Notes under the pieces: generated by a model
What the model was told of the DNA's origin: nothing
Database searches by the model: none
What the model saw: only the letters and a program-made list of their open reading frames with translations
In this document: positions 13,339 to 25,676 of the stretch, piece by piece
How the letters are laid out: every line of letters begins with the position of its first letter
How positions within the stretch are numbered: the stretch's first letter is position 1
Position numbers and translations under genes: made by a program
Origin: Chloropicon primus
Taxonomy: Eukaryota
Direction: 5' to 3'
DNA: 64,000 nt
Assembly (NCBI GenBank): GCA_023205875.1
Contig: CP060768.1
Coordinates: forward strand, 62,001 to 126,000

Positions 13339-13854
13339 TTACCTGCAGTTTGCCGTGGCATAGATGAACTGGCCGAAGTTCAAGGTGATCACTCCAGTCC
13401 TCTGGAAGTCAAATGCCGCAAAGGTGTTCCTGGCGCTCAGCAGGAAGAGGCTGAGAGCAATGTACTCAGGGATGCCCATGTCACCCGTCCTGTCCGGATC
13501 GAACGACTTGCAGCAAGTGTAAAAGGCAGTGTCGTCGAGCTGGTACCCCTTCTGGCTTATGGCCTGCCTGACCTGGTCCAGACGAAGCTTTCCTCTACCT
13601 TGCGTGTCCATGACCTTGAAGGCATCGATGTCGTTCTGCACGGCATTGAAGAGGTTCACGAACTCCTCTGGCGTGATGCTTCCCTCGCGAGCCTTGCCGT
13701 ACACCCTTATCATCTGCGCGGTCACCGAGAGAGAAAAGTTCAAGCTCGACATGCCCAAAGCTTTCTGCAATTCTCCAGCGTCCATCCAGCCATTGTTGTT
13801 GGCATCAATCTGCTGAAAGAAGGAAAGGAGCTGGTCCCTCGTTGGCCTCGACAT
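13339..13854 (-). CDS. Penta-EF-hand Ca-binding protein (sorcin/ALG-2/peflin-like)
   Basis: EF loops DANNNGWMDAGE, DTQGRGKL, DPDRTGDM, DFQRTGVITLNF; 171 aa from MSRPTRDQLL. Confidence 0.88.
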   Translation of the reverse strand: MSRPTRDQLLSFFQQIDANNNGWMDAGELQKALGMSSLNFSLSVTAQMIRVYGKAREGSITPEEFVNLFNAVQNDIDAFKVMDTQGRGKLRLDQVRQAISQKGYQLDDTAFYTCCKSFDPDRTGDMGIPEYIALSLFLLSARNTFAAFDFQRTGVITLNFGQFIYATANCR

Positions 13855-14459
13855 TCTTCTTGTTGTGTCTTGTTCTTGTTCTTGTTCTTGTTCTTGTTGT
13901 GTCGGTGCTGCTCGGTGCTGCTGGGTTTCTTCCTCCTGGTGCGACAAGCGTCACGACGTTTTGACAACCGATGGCAAGAGCAAGAGCAAAGGCGAGGAGA
14001 GGAGGAGGAAGAGAGAGAGGAGGAGAGGAGGAGGAGGGGTCTTTCTCATCTCCGAATCCAAAACTTCAAGGGTGGAGATGGTCCTGAGCCGCGGCCAAGG
14101 ATTGAAATAAGTAGACCCAGGAAGAGGAAGAGGTGGATCGTTGGGTGAAGTCAGGGGCGACACCACGGGACAACAAGATGTCAGAACCTCATACAACGAT
14201 CGAGAGATCGGGTGTGGTGGGTGACATTACTTCTCCTCCTTGCTCCTTGTTCCTCCCTCCCTCTCTCTCTCTGCAGACTTTGCCTTTGCCTTTGCCTTTG
14301 CGACGGAGCAAGACAGAGACAGAGGGAGAGGAAGAGGGAAGGGGGGAGAGGACAGGAGGGGACAGGAGAACGTCCAACGCCTTCCTGCTGATCATCGAGA
14401 AGGACCCCTCCCTCCTCCATCAAAAAGATCGCACCTTTGCTGCTGAGCAAAGACACACA

Positions 14460-14537
<78 letters not shown>

Positions 14538-14775
14538 GCAAGGACAGGAGATGGAGGATACCTTGAGTTGATGCCCACCATCACCATCCTCTCCCCTCTC
14601 TTGATCCCCCATCACCATCCGACTGAGTTGCCAAGTTTTTTTCGTTTTTTTGAGTGCAAAAGGGAAACCCTTTTTGAGTGAGGCGACGGGCGCCAAAAAC
14701 GAGAGAGAGGCGATCACTTCGATCACTTCGATCACTTCGATCGCGAGAGAGACGGACGAGTGATCGCGCGACGCG

Positions 14776-16737
14776 ATGGCGAGGAAGAGGGTGAAGACGG
14801 CAGAGGCTTCGGACCACTCGCACAGGACGGAGCAAACTTCTGTCAAAGAGAAGCCGTCGTCGTCATCGTCGTCGTCGTCCATGCTTGCAGAACCTGATCC
14901 ACAACAACAACAACAACATCAACAACAACATGTGGAAGGGGTCCGCGGGGAGGAGAAGGAGAAGGGGTGGGTGAATGAGAGGCTTGTGATGGTGAGCTTG
15001 CGAGGCTACCCTGCGTGGCCGGGGGAGGTGATCCCCCAAAGGAGCGTGAAGAAAGTTCTGCCGAGTTCCATCGCGTGTCCGCCAGGGAAGAGTGGGTACG
15101 GGGCTTACCTTCCCATCCAATACTTTGGTGCCTTGAATTACGGCTGGGCGAAGGAAAACGCTGTGACGAGATTGATCGATCACAAGGAGGAGGACTTGAG
15201 GGCAAAGAAGAAGGCTGCTTCATACCAGGAGGCCATCACTCAGGCGTTTGATATGGTGAAGAATCCAAAGGACAAGCCGATAGGTTGGTGGAACGGGCCG
15301 AAACCTCCGCCAGTCCCGGAGTTTGATGCTGGGAGGGAGGCGGATGCCAGTGCAGAGGCACCGGAGAGGAAGGAGAGGAACGCCCCTCACAAGGGCGTCG
15401 CTCGGAGGATGAGGAACGTCCCGTGGCCGAGCAAAAAGGATTTGTGGTACCCGACGCCGAACGTGGTGACCCCCTTTGTGCTGCCTGAGATGCTCGTGAT
15501 CCGAGCCAAGCCAAGGTACGAGACCTTGAGGAGAAATCTTTATTCCGGATCCGAGAACGGCTCCCAGCACAAGCCGAAGAAGGTTCCGAAGCACGACATC
15601 CTGGTGTGCGCTTGCGCGCCAGGCAAAGGCTGCGGCTCGGAACTCGTGAGCGAGCAAGAGATGTGCATGAACTTTAGGATGAACGTAAGGTGCTGCCACA
15701 CGCAGTGCCCGAACGGCAAGCAGTGCCAGAACAAGGAGTTCAACCTCATGAAGCCTCGAAAGCTGAAGGCTTTTCTCACCGAGTCGTGCGGTTGGGGCGT
15801 GAAAACAAAGGAGAAGATCCCCAAGGGCGCTTTTGTGATCGAGTACGCGGGGGAGATCATCCACGATGCCGAGTGCGAGAAGAGGATGTGGGAAGCGAAG
15901 AAGATACACGAGAGGAACTTTTACATGATGGAAATATCAGGGAATTGCGTGATCGATGCCAGGCACAAGGCCAACCTTAGCAGGCTCATCAACTCGAGCT
16001 GCCATCCCAACTGCCGGAGCCAGAAGTGCGTGGATGCTGCCACTGGCGAGGTGAGGGTCGGGATCTTCGCGCTAAGGGATATTGAGCCGGGCGAGGAGCT
16101 CTCCTACAACTACCAGTTCCAGCACTTTGCGCACGGCGAGAAAGATGTGACGTCTTTCGACTGCAGGTGCGGGGCACCGAATTGCATCGGAACCTTGGAC
16201 TCCACTGTGAAGAAGAGGGAAGAAGTGAAAGAATACATGAACAAGAAAATCAAGATCAAGTGGACGGATGGAAAGGATCATATCGCCACGGTGACTGATT
16301 ACAACTGGAAAACTCAAAAGTACACAATAACCTACGAGGACGGAAACACCGAGGACTTGAGTTTGGATCCAAATGGAAAGATAAAGTTCAAATTCATCGC
16401 CTCGCGCAAGAAAAGGCAGGTGAGGCCAAAGCAAGAGCCTGGCTGTGCTTCAGGGAGCGGCGGCGGGGAGCCCCAGCAGCAGAGGGCCTCCAAGCCGAAG
16501 AAACAGAAGCGGCCACATCATCCGAAATCAATGGCGCGGCCACAGGCCGCCGGAGAAAGGAAGGTGAAGAAGCCTAAGAAGGAGGCGGAGGACAACAAGG
16601 AGAACTTGAGCCAAAACGATTGCTCGCCAAAAACGGCAAGCGCCCTGGGAAGCAAGCGCGTGAAGGCACCCATATCCCCGACTGTTGCCCGCTTGGGGAG
16701 CGAGCTGGACACGCGGGCGATGGTGAACGGGATGTAG
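14776..16737 (+). CDS. PWWP-AWS-SET-postSET histone lysine methyltransferase (ASH1/NSD/ASHR3-like) with C-terminal Tudor-like segment
   Basis: GYPAWPG (PWWP), Cys-rich AWS, GWGV, EYAGE, RLINSSCHPNC, GEELSYNY, CRCGAPNCIG. Confidence 0.9.
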   Translation: MARKRVKTAEASDHSHRTEQTSVKEKPSSSSSSSSMLAEPDPQQQQQHQQQHVEGVRGEEKEKGWVNERLVMVSLRGYPAWPGEVIPQRSVKKVLPSSIACPPGKSGYGAYLPIQYFGALNYGWAKENAVTRLIDHKEEDLRAKKKAASYQEAITQAFDMVKNPKDKPIGWWNGPKPPPVPEFDAGREADASAEAPERKERNAPHKGVARRMRNVPWPSKKDLWYPTPNVVTPFVLPEMLVIRAKPRYETLRRNLYSGSENGSQHKPKKVPKHDILVCACAPGKGCGSELVSEQEMCMNFRMNVRCCHTQCPNGKQCQNKEFNLMKPRKLKAFLTESCGWGVKTKEKIPKGAFVIEYAGEIIHDAECEKRMWEAKKIHERNFYMMEISGNCVIDARHKANLSRLINSSCHPNCRSQKCVDAATGEVRVGIFALRDIEPGEELSYNYQFQHFAHGEKDVTSFDCRCGAPNCIGTLDSTVKKREEVKEYMNKKIKIKWTDGKDHIATVTDYNWKTQKYTITYEDGNTEDLSLDPNGKIKFKFIASRKKRQVRPKQEPGCASGSGGGEPQQQRASKPKKQKRPHHPKSMARPQAAGERKVKKPKKEAEDNKENLSQNDCSPKTASALGSKRVKAPISPTVARLGSELDTRAMVNGM

Positions 16738-16922
16738 AATGCCAGTGTCAACGAAAAAAGGGGGACGCCTGGGACGGCAACGGAGGTAAAGTAATGAATT
16801 TTAAGAAACAATACTCATCGAGGAAGGACAGGGGCGCCCTCTATTTTATTCTTATACTATACAAAGCTGAGCCGAGCGTGTTTTGAACCGCCCCAAGCTG
16901 CGCCCCCGCACATCTCTCTGCC

Positions 16923-17807
16923 TCAAGAAGGAACAAAACTCTTTGCCTCTTCCACAAGCTCCTTCACGACGTTCATGAGATGCCTCTGGTTGTCCGCCCT
17001 GGATTGGTGTGTCTGAGTCGTCAGCAGAATGGAATCCGACTTGGACTTGTACCTCGGCCCACAAATAAGAGCGATGTGAGATTTTTGCGCCTCGGATAGA
17101 CCGTAGTAGCTCCTCAGGTTCTCGAGCTGCACGGTGAGCCTGACCTTGTCGTTCTTTGGGTGGCGGGGAAGAGCCACCGCCTGCGGGTGAAGAACAAGGT
17201 AATACTCCCACTGAAAAATTGTGTCCTCCCAGTCAGACACCCTTTCTAGCGCATGGTCCGACCCGGCCTGACCCACAGTCTCCTCCGCTTGCGTGATCTC
17301 TTCGTCCATATCCCACTGCTCGTCGTCGTAAAGGTCGCTGAGCATGTCCCCAATCGATCCTCTTTCCTTGCTATTCTTCTCGTCCCACTGGATGACATCC
17401 CGCTCGTCCTCGGGAAGCTTGTCCCAAACGTTGTACAGAGGTTTGTGAATGTTGGGCAAAAGGTCTTCCACCATGTCGTACAATTCGTCCTCCACCTCCT
17501 CATAATTCCTCGGGTATATCACGTCATCCCCTTTCACTTTCTCCTCCTGCTTCGTCGCCTGCTCGACGTCCCCAGCCTCCTCCTCCCCGCTCGAAGAAGA
17601 GGAAGCGAACGTCCTCCCAGCAGCCGGCTGCTGCGTGACCTTGCCTTGCTGGACACAACTCAGCAAGCTCATGTCCAACGGAGACGGAGTCATCAAAGCC
17701 TCGAGCGCTCTCGTGATCGAGAGGTATCTCAACTGCGAGACACTTGGCCTCCCCAGTGACCCCCTCAGACCCACCACAACGCGTCCAAGCACCTGCGCCA
17801 GCGCCAT
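16923..17807 (-). CDS. MRPS35: Mitochondrial small-subunit ribosomal protein mS35 (RSM24-like)
   Basis: Arg/Ser/Leu-rich presequence; C-terminal HPKNDKVRLTV...LICGPRY...SRADNQRHL. Confidence 0.8.
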   Translation of the reverse strand: MALAQVLGRVVVGLRGSLGRPSVSQLRYLSITRALEALMTPSPLDMSLLSCVQQGKVTQQPAAGRTFASSSSSGEEEAGDVEQATKQEEKVKGDDVIYPRNYEEVEDELYDMVEDLLPNIHKPLYNVWDKLPEDERDVIQWDEKNSKERGSIGDMLSDLYDDEQWDMDEEITQAEETVGQAGSDHALERVSDWEDTIFQWEYYLVLHPQAVALPRHPKNDKVRLTVQLENLRSYYGLSEAQKSHIALICGPRYKSKSDSILLTTQTHQSRADNQRHLMNVVKELVEEAKSFVPS

Positions 17808-17831
17808 ACTCCTCCGCTCCTCTGCTCTGCA

Positions 17832-18103
17832 CTGTCAACGAAAGAAAACTTCAATCAGTCGTCGAATCCTCAAACCGAAGCCATTTCCTTCCAACAAAAG
17901 CTTGAACGAGAGTTCTCGATACAATCTTTCCGCTGGTATGAACCTCGACTCTTCAATACGTCTACAACTTCCCCTTTCTCTCCTTGAACTCACCTCTTGC
18001 CCTTCGAAATCGATCCGCCTGTCAACGATATAAAACTTCAATCAGTCGTCGAATCTTCAAATCGAAGCCATTTCCTTCCAACAAAAGCTTGAACGAGAGT
18101 TCT
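17832..18103. repeat. Direct repeat of about 85 bp (17832-17916 and 18019-18103)
   Basis: Near-identical CTGTCAACGA...AAAACTTCAATCAGTCGTCGAATC...GAACGAGAGTTCT copies, period 187. Confidence 0.9.
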
Positions 18104-18442
18104 TCAGACAGCCTTTCCTCTGATGCCACTCTTAATCCTTTCTACTCCCTTGTTCGTTCTCCCTTCCCCGCTCAAGCCTCACCTCTTCTTGGTTTCCTGG
18201 GTGGCTCTGGTGACAGAGTGTACGGCAGAGTAGTGTAATCCCTCGGCGGCGGCAGAAACAACACGACGACGAGCGACGAGCGACGACGACGACGAGGGCG
18301 AGGACGAGGACGAAGCGAAGGCACCAACGCCAGCAGCAGCAGCAGCAGCATTAGCATTAGCATTGGCATTTGCTTTTGACTTGGCGAGGCATTTGCATTT
18401 TGTGTGAAGGAGGTTGAAGGTTGAGGTTTGAGGTGGTTCGTG

Positions 18443-18634
18443 ATGTATTTGATGTATTACACGGAGGAGGGGAAGCGGGTGTACACGCTGAAGAAGGTGA
18501 CGCCAGGGGATCAGCCCACGGAGTCCGCGCATCCTGCAAGGTTCTCTCCCGATGACAAGTACAGCCGTGAGCGCGTCACTTGCAAGAAGAGGTTTGGCAT
18601 CCTTCCCACCCAGCGTCCTCCTCACCCACTCTGA
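18443..18634 (+). CDS. NOP10: H/ACA RNP subunit Nop10
   Basis: MYLMYY...KRVYTLKK...[17 protein letters not shown]...KKRFG; TGTAA at 18840. Confidence 0.97.
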   Translation: MYLMYYTEEGKRVYTLKKVTPGDQPTESAHPARFSPDDKYSRERVTCKKRFGILPTQRPPHPL

Positions 18635-18959
18635 GTGAAGGAATGCTTTGGGCTTCGGCATGGGACACGGGAGGATTGAATCACATCAGCTGTGCTTCGA
18701 TTGGGTCTGGTCGTGTTCTTGGGAAGACTTTTGCTTGTACACTTGTCTTATTGCGGCTGGTAGGTGGTCTGCGGGCGACGGCGGAAGCGGAGAGCGGAGA
18801 GCGGAGAGCGGCACCGCTTTGGGCCTGGCCAGCTGTATTTGTAATAAAAAAAATCCAACTACTTCTTGTCGACCGATGATCGTGCTCGAGGAATGCGGTG
18901 ATTGAGGCGCCGCGACAAACAAGGCGAGACCCCGCCGTTACCGTGCTTGTGAAGGGCCG

Positions 18960-19745
18960 TGCCCTTGGATGTCACGCCGGATGGTGACGTCCGCAGTCGC
19001 CAAACACTTTGGACTGGACCAAAGGCAACCTCTGTGCGTGCGTGCGTGCGTGTGTGTGTGTGTGTTTGTGCTTTCTCTCTTGCATGGCGAAGGATCGAGT
19101 GGAGCAAGGGAGTTTCCAAGCAAAGAGGAGGAGGCACCAGAGGTTCGTGACACGGCACCAATCCATCAAACCTATGCCGCCCACTGATTGAGGAGGCTGC
19201 AAGCAAGCATTCTAGGTTGATGATGGTAGTGGTGGTGGTGGTGGAACTCCTGCGTGTTGTGAACTTTGCCGAAGAGATCATTATACAGTATATATATAAA
19301 TTAATATTTAATATACTCCTCTGGCCAACACCCAGCCGCCTCGAGAGGAAACGAAGGACTCTCAGTAATCATGCAGTGCGGGAGATCAAAGGTTCGTTCG
19401 ATCTCCCGCAGCCTGCGCCTCGGGTGAGTTGCCTGTCAATCCACGCGCTCGAGCAGGCGAACATTCTGCTGCTCCAGGACGGGGCGAACCCCCGCGTTGT
19501 TCTTCAAAGTTGACAAAGATGGAGAGAAAAGAGTATGGAAGCAGTCAAGGGTCGAACTCGATGCCCTTGTGATTTGTGGTGCGGCCAATTCAATTGCCTT
19601 CAGCGAACAAGCAGCCACTGTGGCAGTTTGGTTTTGCTCTAAAACCTAAAACCTGCTGAGCGTTACCGATCTATCTTTGGAACAAGTTTTCTTCTTGGTG
19701 GGAGTGGACGATAGTAACGTCAATGCGGAGTTTCGATCGGCGAGG
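18960..19745 (+). ncRNA. Candidate structured non-coding RNA with telomere-template-like motif (possible telomerase RNA); boundaries uncertain
   Basis: No credible ORF; many stems including a perfect 11-bp hairpin 19377-19410; CTAAAACCTAAAACC at 19639-19653. Confidence 0.4.
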
Positions 19746-20573
19746 GCACGGACGGGACAACAAAAGAGACTCTCGATTCGAGGGCCAGGACAACGACGAA
19801 GAATCGTTCGACGACCAAAAGCATCCGCAGTGACGTTGGCTTGTGACGCGACATCGCTTCATTTGACTCCACACCAGTGTGTGTGCGTGTGCGAGAGAGA
19901 GAGAGAGAGAGAGAGTGGAGGAGAAAGGGGAAGCTTTCTTTGCTTTTGGTTTTTGTGCTTCGTCGTGAGATGCACGGTGCATCATGCACCCACGCCACTC
20001 CTGGACTTTGCTCGGAGGAAGAGAAAGAGAAAGAGAAAGAGAAAGAGAGAGAGAGAGAGAGAGAGTTCGTTGGAAAGATCATGGAAAGAGGAGAGCAACC
20101 CCGGAGACAGCAGAAAGACACAGACACACGACACACGCACGAGAAAGGGCGAAGGGCGCAGGGGAAGGAAGAACGCATGGGGGAAAGGGATCCATCCTGA
20201 GGACCTCCGCAGGACCTCCGCAGACGTTTTTATGTGGGGTGGGGTGGAGAAGCACGAAGATCGTGGTACGAATTCAGTCTCCGAAGAAGAATTGCAAACC
20301 CCTGTCGGAAGGGTGTGAGGTACAGAGTAGTTTTCCCATGGTACGCACCTCACGACTCGTCCAAAAACCTCGTCCCAAGATCACAGCACTGTGGTCCTTA
20401 CATTTGACTTTCGGAAAAGTCCCCCCCAACGTGGGCCTTTCAACGAAATTCGAGTTTCGGAAAAGTCTCGCACTTCAAATTTGAACTCGTGATCGGAGCC
20501 CCTCCCAGAAACTGGACAGAGAGCAGCGAGAAGAGAGAAGAGAGAGCGGCGGAGAGGAAGAGGAGCGGGCGCC

Positions 20574-22135
20574 ATGGCGAGCCCCGAGGACCTTCAAGTG
20601 CTTAGGGCATTGCAAAACAAGCCGGAGAATAAAGTATGCTCGGATTGTCCCATGAAAAACCCCCAGTGGGCAAGCGTGTCCTACGGAGTGTTCATGTGTC
20701 TCGAGTGCTCAGGTAAGCGACGGCCCCATACCTTGTCATTCCATTCCATTCCGACGACACGACACACGAGCGTGGACGGCGAGACGTGTCGAGGAAGTGG
20801 GCGACGAACGAAATCGTCCTCCGCGAGGGAAGACGCTCGTCGAGGGGAGAAAACGCCTGTCCTCCGAGTTTGGGAACCGAGCACGCGTCCGCCTTCGCGC
20901 GTTCATTCCATGGCCGGCCGTCGTCGGAAATCGAAATGGAATGGAGTGGAGTGTTGTTTCATCTGTGGTGGGATGTTCTCTCTGACGCGTTTTTGTTTTC
21001 GTTTGTGTCCTCCTCCTTTTCTTGGCGCGCGTAACGGATGACAGGGAAGCACAGGAGTCTCGGCGTGCATATCAGTTACGTCCGTAGCGTGAACATGGAC
21101 GAGTGGAAGGGGAAGGAGCTGAAGAAGATGCAGTTGGGCGGGAACCAGAAGATGAATGCTTTCTTTAAAAAGTACGGGGTGGACAAGAACACCCCAATTG
21201 CCCAAAAGTACCACACGAAGGCTGCGGAGATCTACAGGGAGGTTATGACAGCCGCGGCGGAGGGCAGGAAGTACACGCCTCCTTCCCCGTCGGAGGTGCA
21301 GTCCCAGGCTCGCAGCCAGCCCCAGGCGAAGCCGCGGCAGACGCCGAGCAAGAGCCAGCAGGCCAAGTCGAACGGAAGCAGCGGCCTGGACAGCTGGGGC
21401 GACTGGGGAGTTTCCAAGGACAGCGGCGGGAACGGCGGCGGAGGCGGAGGAAAGAAGCAGCTTTGGGGGGTGGGCTCGAACGGCGGCTCCGGAAGTGGCG
21501 GTGGCGGGTACCAGCAGAACGGCGGCGGCATGGGTGCTTCTGACGGTCAAAAGAAGCAGATGTGGGGGATCGGGTCGGCCGGTAGCGTGAGCGCTGCCGA
21601 GTACGAGGCCAGGCAGGCGGGAAGAGGCGGCGGGGGCAACGACGACCTCGCGGAGAAGTTCATGCAGCAGGCCCAGGTCGGCCTCGTCAGGAGCAAGGAG
21701 ATGGCGAGCAAGGGCTGGAACGCCCTGAAGAACAGCGATACCACCGGGAAGGTCATGCTCCAGGCGGAGGTAGGCTTGGTGAAGGGGAAGGAGATGGCCA
21801 GCAAGGGGTGGAACATGTTCATGAACACGATCAAGGACATCGCTGCGGACCACGAGCCTGGCTCGGGAGGCAGGCAGGGGAGCTACCAGCAGGACTCTTA
21901 CGGGGGACACTCCGAGGCGAACAACTTTCAGGCCAACAACAACGGGGGCTACGGTGGTTTTGGCGGCTTTGACGATGCGGACGCGAGCGTGGCGAGGTCA
22001 GGAAACAGCTTCGGAGGAGGAGGTTCGGACTGGGGGGATCAGACCGCCTCCCCTCGCAGCCCCCGGTCGCCGCGAAAGTCGCACGGGTCCAAGCCGAAGG
22101 CCAAGGTGGAGGACGACAGCTGGGGCGCCTGGTAG
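20574..22135 (+). CDS. ArfGAP1/GCS1-type ADP-ribosylation factor GAP; exons 20574-20712 and 21045-22135
   Basis: CSDC...PQWASVSYGVFMCLECSG joined over GTAAGC..CAG intron 20713-21044 to KHRSLGVHISYVRSVNMD; C-terminal DDSWGAW. Confidence 0.93.
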
Positions 22136-22419
22136 GCGTTGCGGAAGGAAAGGAAACCCGATTATTCGGCCGGTGGCAGCTGGCAGCAGCAACACAACTG
22201 TGCGTGCTGTGTGTGCTGTGCGCGTGCTCGAAAGGAACTACTATTATTTGTTTTGTGTAAATGTTGAGGAAACGCATTTGTTTTCACGACTTGATTCTCT
22301 TCCCTTGTTCAGGAGGAAAGGAGGTGGTGGTGGTGTCCAAAATCCAAAGCCAAGCCAAGCCTCCTCGAATTTTTGATCCGTATTAGTATTAGTCATCCAC
22401 CAGCAGGGCAGCAGCATTG

Positions 22420-22458
<39 letters not shown>

Positions 22459-22819
22459 ATTCATTCATCAGTGCAATGACACACGAGTCCCAGTCACCTG
22501 CACACCAGCACCAGCACCAGCAGGTTGTCCTCTCCTCCATCACCCCACACAAACCAGAAAAAGAAGAAAGAAGAAAGGCACGGTGAGTGAAACGATGAGC
22601 GAGAGAATGGGGGTGAAAAGAAAAGATCAAAGCAAGAGTGGTGGCAATCCTCCATGCCAAACACAATGGCATTGATGTGAACCCTGGCTGGAGTGATGTG
22701 ATCTCTCGTCCTTTCTCGTCTTTTTGGCAGCTTTTCCTTGGAGAATTAACGTCTTGTGTAAAGTAGAATCGGATAAGGTTTTCGCGATGATTGGTGGACA
22801 GAGCCCCGAGTGTTTGTAG

Positions 22820-24181
<1,362 letters not shown>

Positions 24182-24342
24182 ACACTTTGTATCAAACGCT
24201 TATGAACTTGTTTCGAATGCCCTCTCCTGGTCGCTTTGTCTCCTTTCTTGCCTCACTCAGAACTCTTCTCTTCCTTGGGCAACCAACAAAGAGCTTTGGT
24301 GCGGGACAGAAGCAATGGAACCGAACCGAGCGGGAGAGAGAG

Positions 24343-24378
<36 letters not shown>

Positions 24379-24396
24379 ACTAAAGGTTCACATCAC

Positions 24397-24438
<42 letters not shown>

Positions 24439-24599
24439 GATTGTGTTGTGTCTCCATCCAATCCATCCATCCTCTCCATTGCCCTTGCCCTTCATCTGCA
24501 TCTCGCATGCTGGACTTTCCTTTCCTTCCGAAGCAGCCAGCCACTTCGAGGGAAAGGTGCCACCTTTGGAGGGAAAGGGAAAGGGAAAGAGGCCAAGTC

Positions 24600-25676
24600 A
24601 TGGCGCTGGCCGCTGCTGCCATTAAGGCCCACTTCAAGGGGGGAGTGGTAGACTCCTCCGGCGCAGAGAAAGCCAAGAAAATCTTCAACGAAAGCAATGC
24701 CAAAGCCTTTGGTGAAGTGCCTCAAGCGGAGGCTCCACCGAAATACACTCGTGTGCCCTCCTCGAGGCCACCTGGTGCAAGTTCAAGGCAGTCACTGGAC
24801 AGACAGCTTGCTGGAGTCGAGGCAGTGATGCACATGCAGCAAGCAGCCGCTTCAAAGCAATCTTCCTCTTCCTCGGGAGGTGATGGAGCTATGGGCATGA
24901 AGGAGAAACAGGCTGTCTTGAATGCCATGTTCAACGCCAGGAACTCCATCGCCTTGGCTCCTCCTGCCGAAGAGAACGAGGGGGAGGACGACGAAGGGAG
25001 GAGCTTCTCCGGCGATAGTGACGACTCGATGAGTGATGTGGCGAGCGAAAGAGACGGGGATGGGGAGGAGAACTCTTCCATGTTGGAACAACAACAACAA
25101 CAACCTGAAGCGATGATGATGACGACTCCAGCCGTGGAGGAAGTCGTGGAAGAGGAGGACCTCGGGATTCCTAGCGTGCCCGACCAACGCATCCTTGCGA
25201 TAGTCAACGCGTTTGTTGTCAATGCATCGCGGTTGGTGAACCGCGTGTGCGTGCTGGCTGAGAACCAACTCGCGGACATGGACCGAGGCATACACAAGCT
25301 CCAAGTAACGCTAACTCTGCTGGAGAAGAAGCTTAAGAGTGTGGACGGCTTGGAGCCGGGACAGGCCCCAGCTGCTGCTGCAACAGAGGCTCAGAGCAGT
25401 AGTGGGCCAATGCCAATGGGTGGCGAAGACTTGCAGAGCAATCATCCTCAAGGGGAGGACCAACGCGGGCCCGAGGACGACGGCGGTGCTGCCCAAGAAG
25501 TGGAGGCCGAGGACAACAGCGGCAAGGTGAAAGCTGGTGAGCATCCTGTGTATGGAAGGTTCTTCCGAATGCTGAGAATGGGCGTGGTGGAGCTTGCGGT
25601 GAAGCAAAAGATGCAGGCGGAGGGGCTCGACGGCAGCGTCATAGACCTTGGTCCCGAAGCCCTGCTTGACCCTTGA
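24600..25676 (+). CDS. CCDC53: WASH complex subunit CCDC53/WASHC3 with acidic N-terminal extension
   Basis: RILAIVNAFVVN...LEKKLKSVDGL coiled region and C-terminal HPVYGRFFRMLRMGV...VKQKMQAEGLD. Confidence 0.8.
   Translation: MALAAAAIKAHFKGGVVDSSGAEKAKKIFNESNAKAFGEVPQAEAPPKYTRVPSSRPPGASSRQSLDRQLAGVEAVMHMQQAAASKQSSSSSGGDGAMGMKEKQAVLNAMFNARNSIALAPPAEENEGEDDEGRSFSGDSDDSMSDVASERDGDGEENSSMLEQQQQQPEAMMMTTPAVEEVVEEEDLGIPSVPDQRILAIVNAFVVNASRLVNRVCVLAENQLADMDRGIHKLQVTLTLLEKKLKSVDGLEPGQAPAAAATEAQSSSGPMPMGGEDLQSNHPQGEDQRGPEDDGGAAQEVEAEDNSGKVKAGEHPVYGRFFRMLRMGVVELAVKQKMQAEGLDGSVIDLGPEALLDP

Noticed and set aside
19320..19500. U3, SRP or RNase P/MRP identity for the structured locus
   Set aside because: Only partial box-like words; I could not find a full set of boxes or conserved regions in the correct order.
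19436..19985. Small spliced protein gene on the minus strand (possible GTAACG...AAG intron near 19502-19666)
   Set aside because: No frame gives a convincing protein; kept only as an alternative to the ncRNA idea.
20410..20470. GGAAAAGTCCCC resembling RNase MRP CR-I
   Set aside because: Part of a short duplicated TTTCGGAAAAGTC in the ArfGAP promoter; no matching CR-V partner seen.
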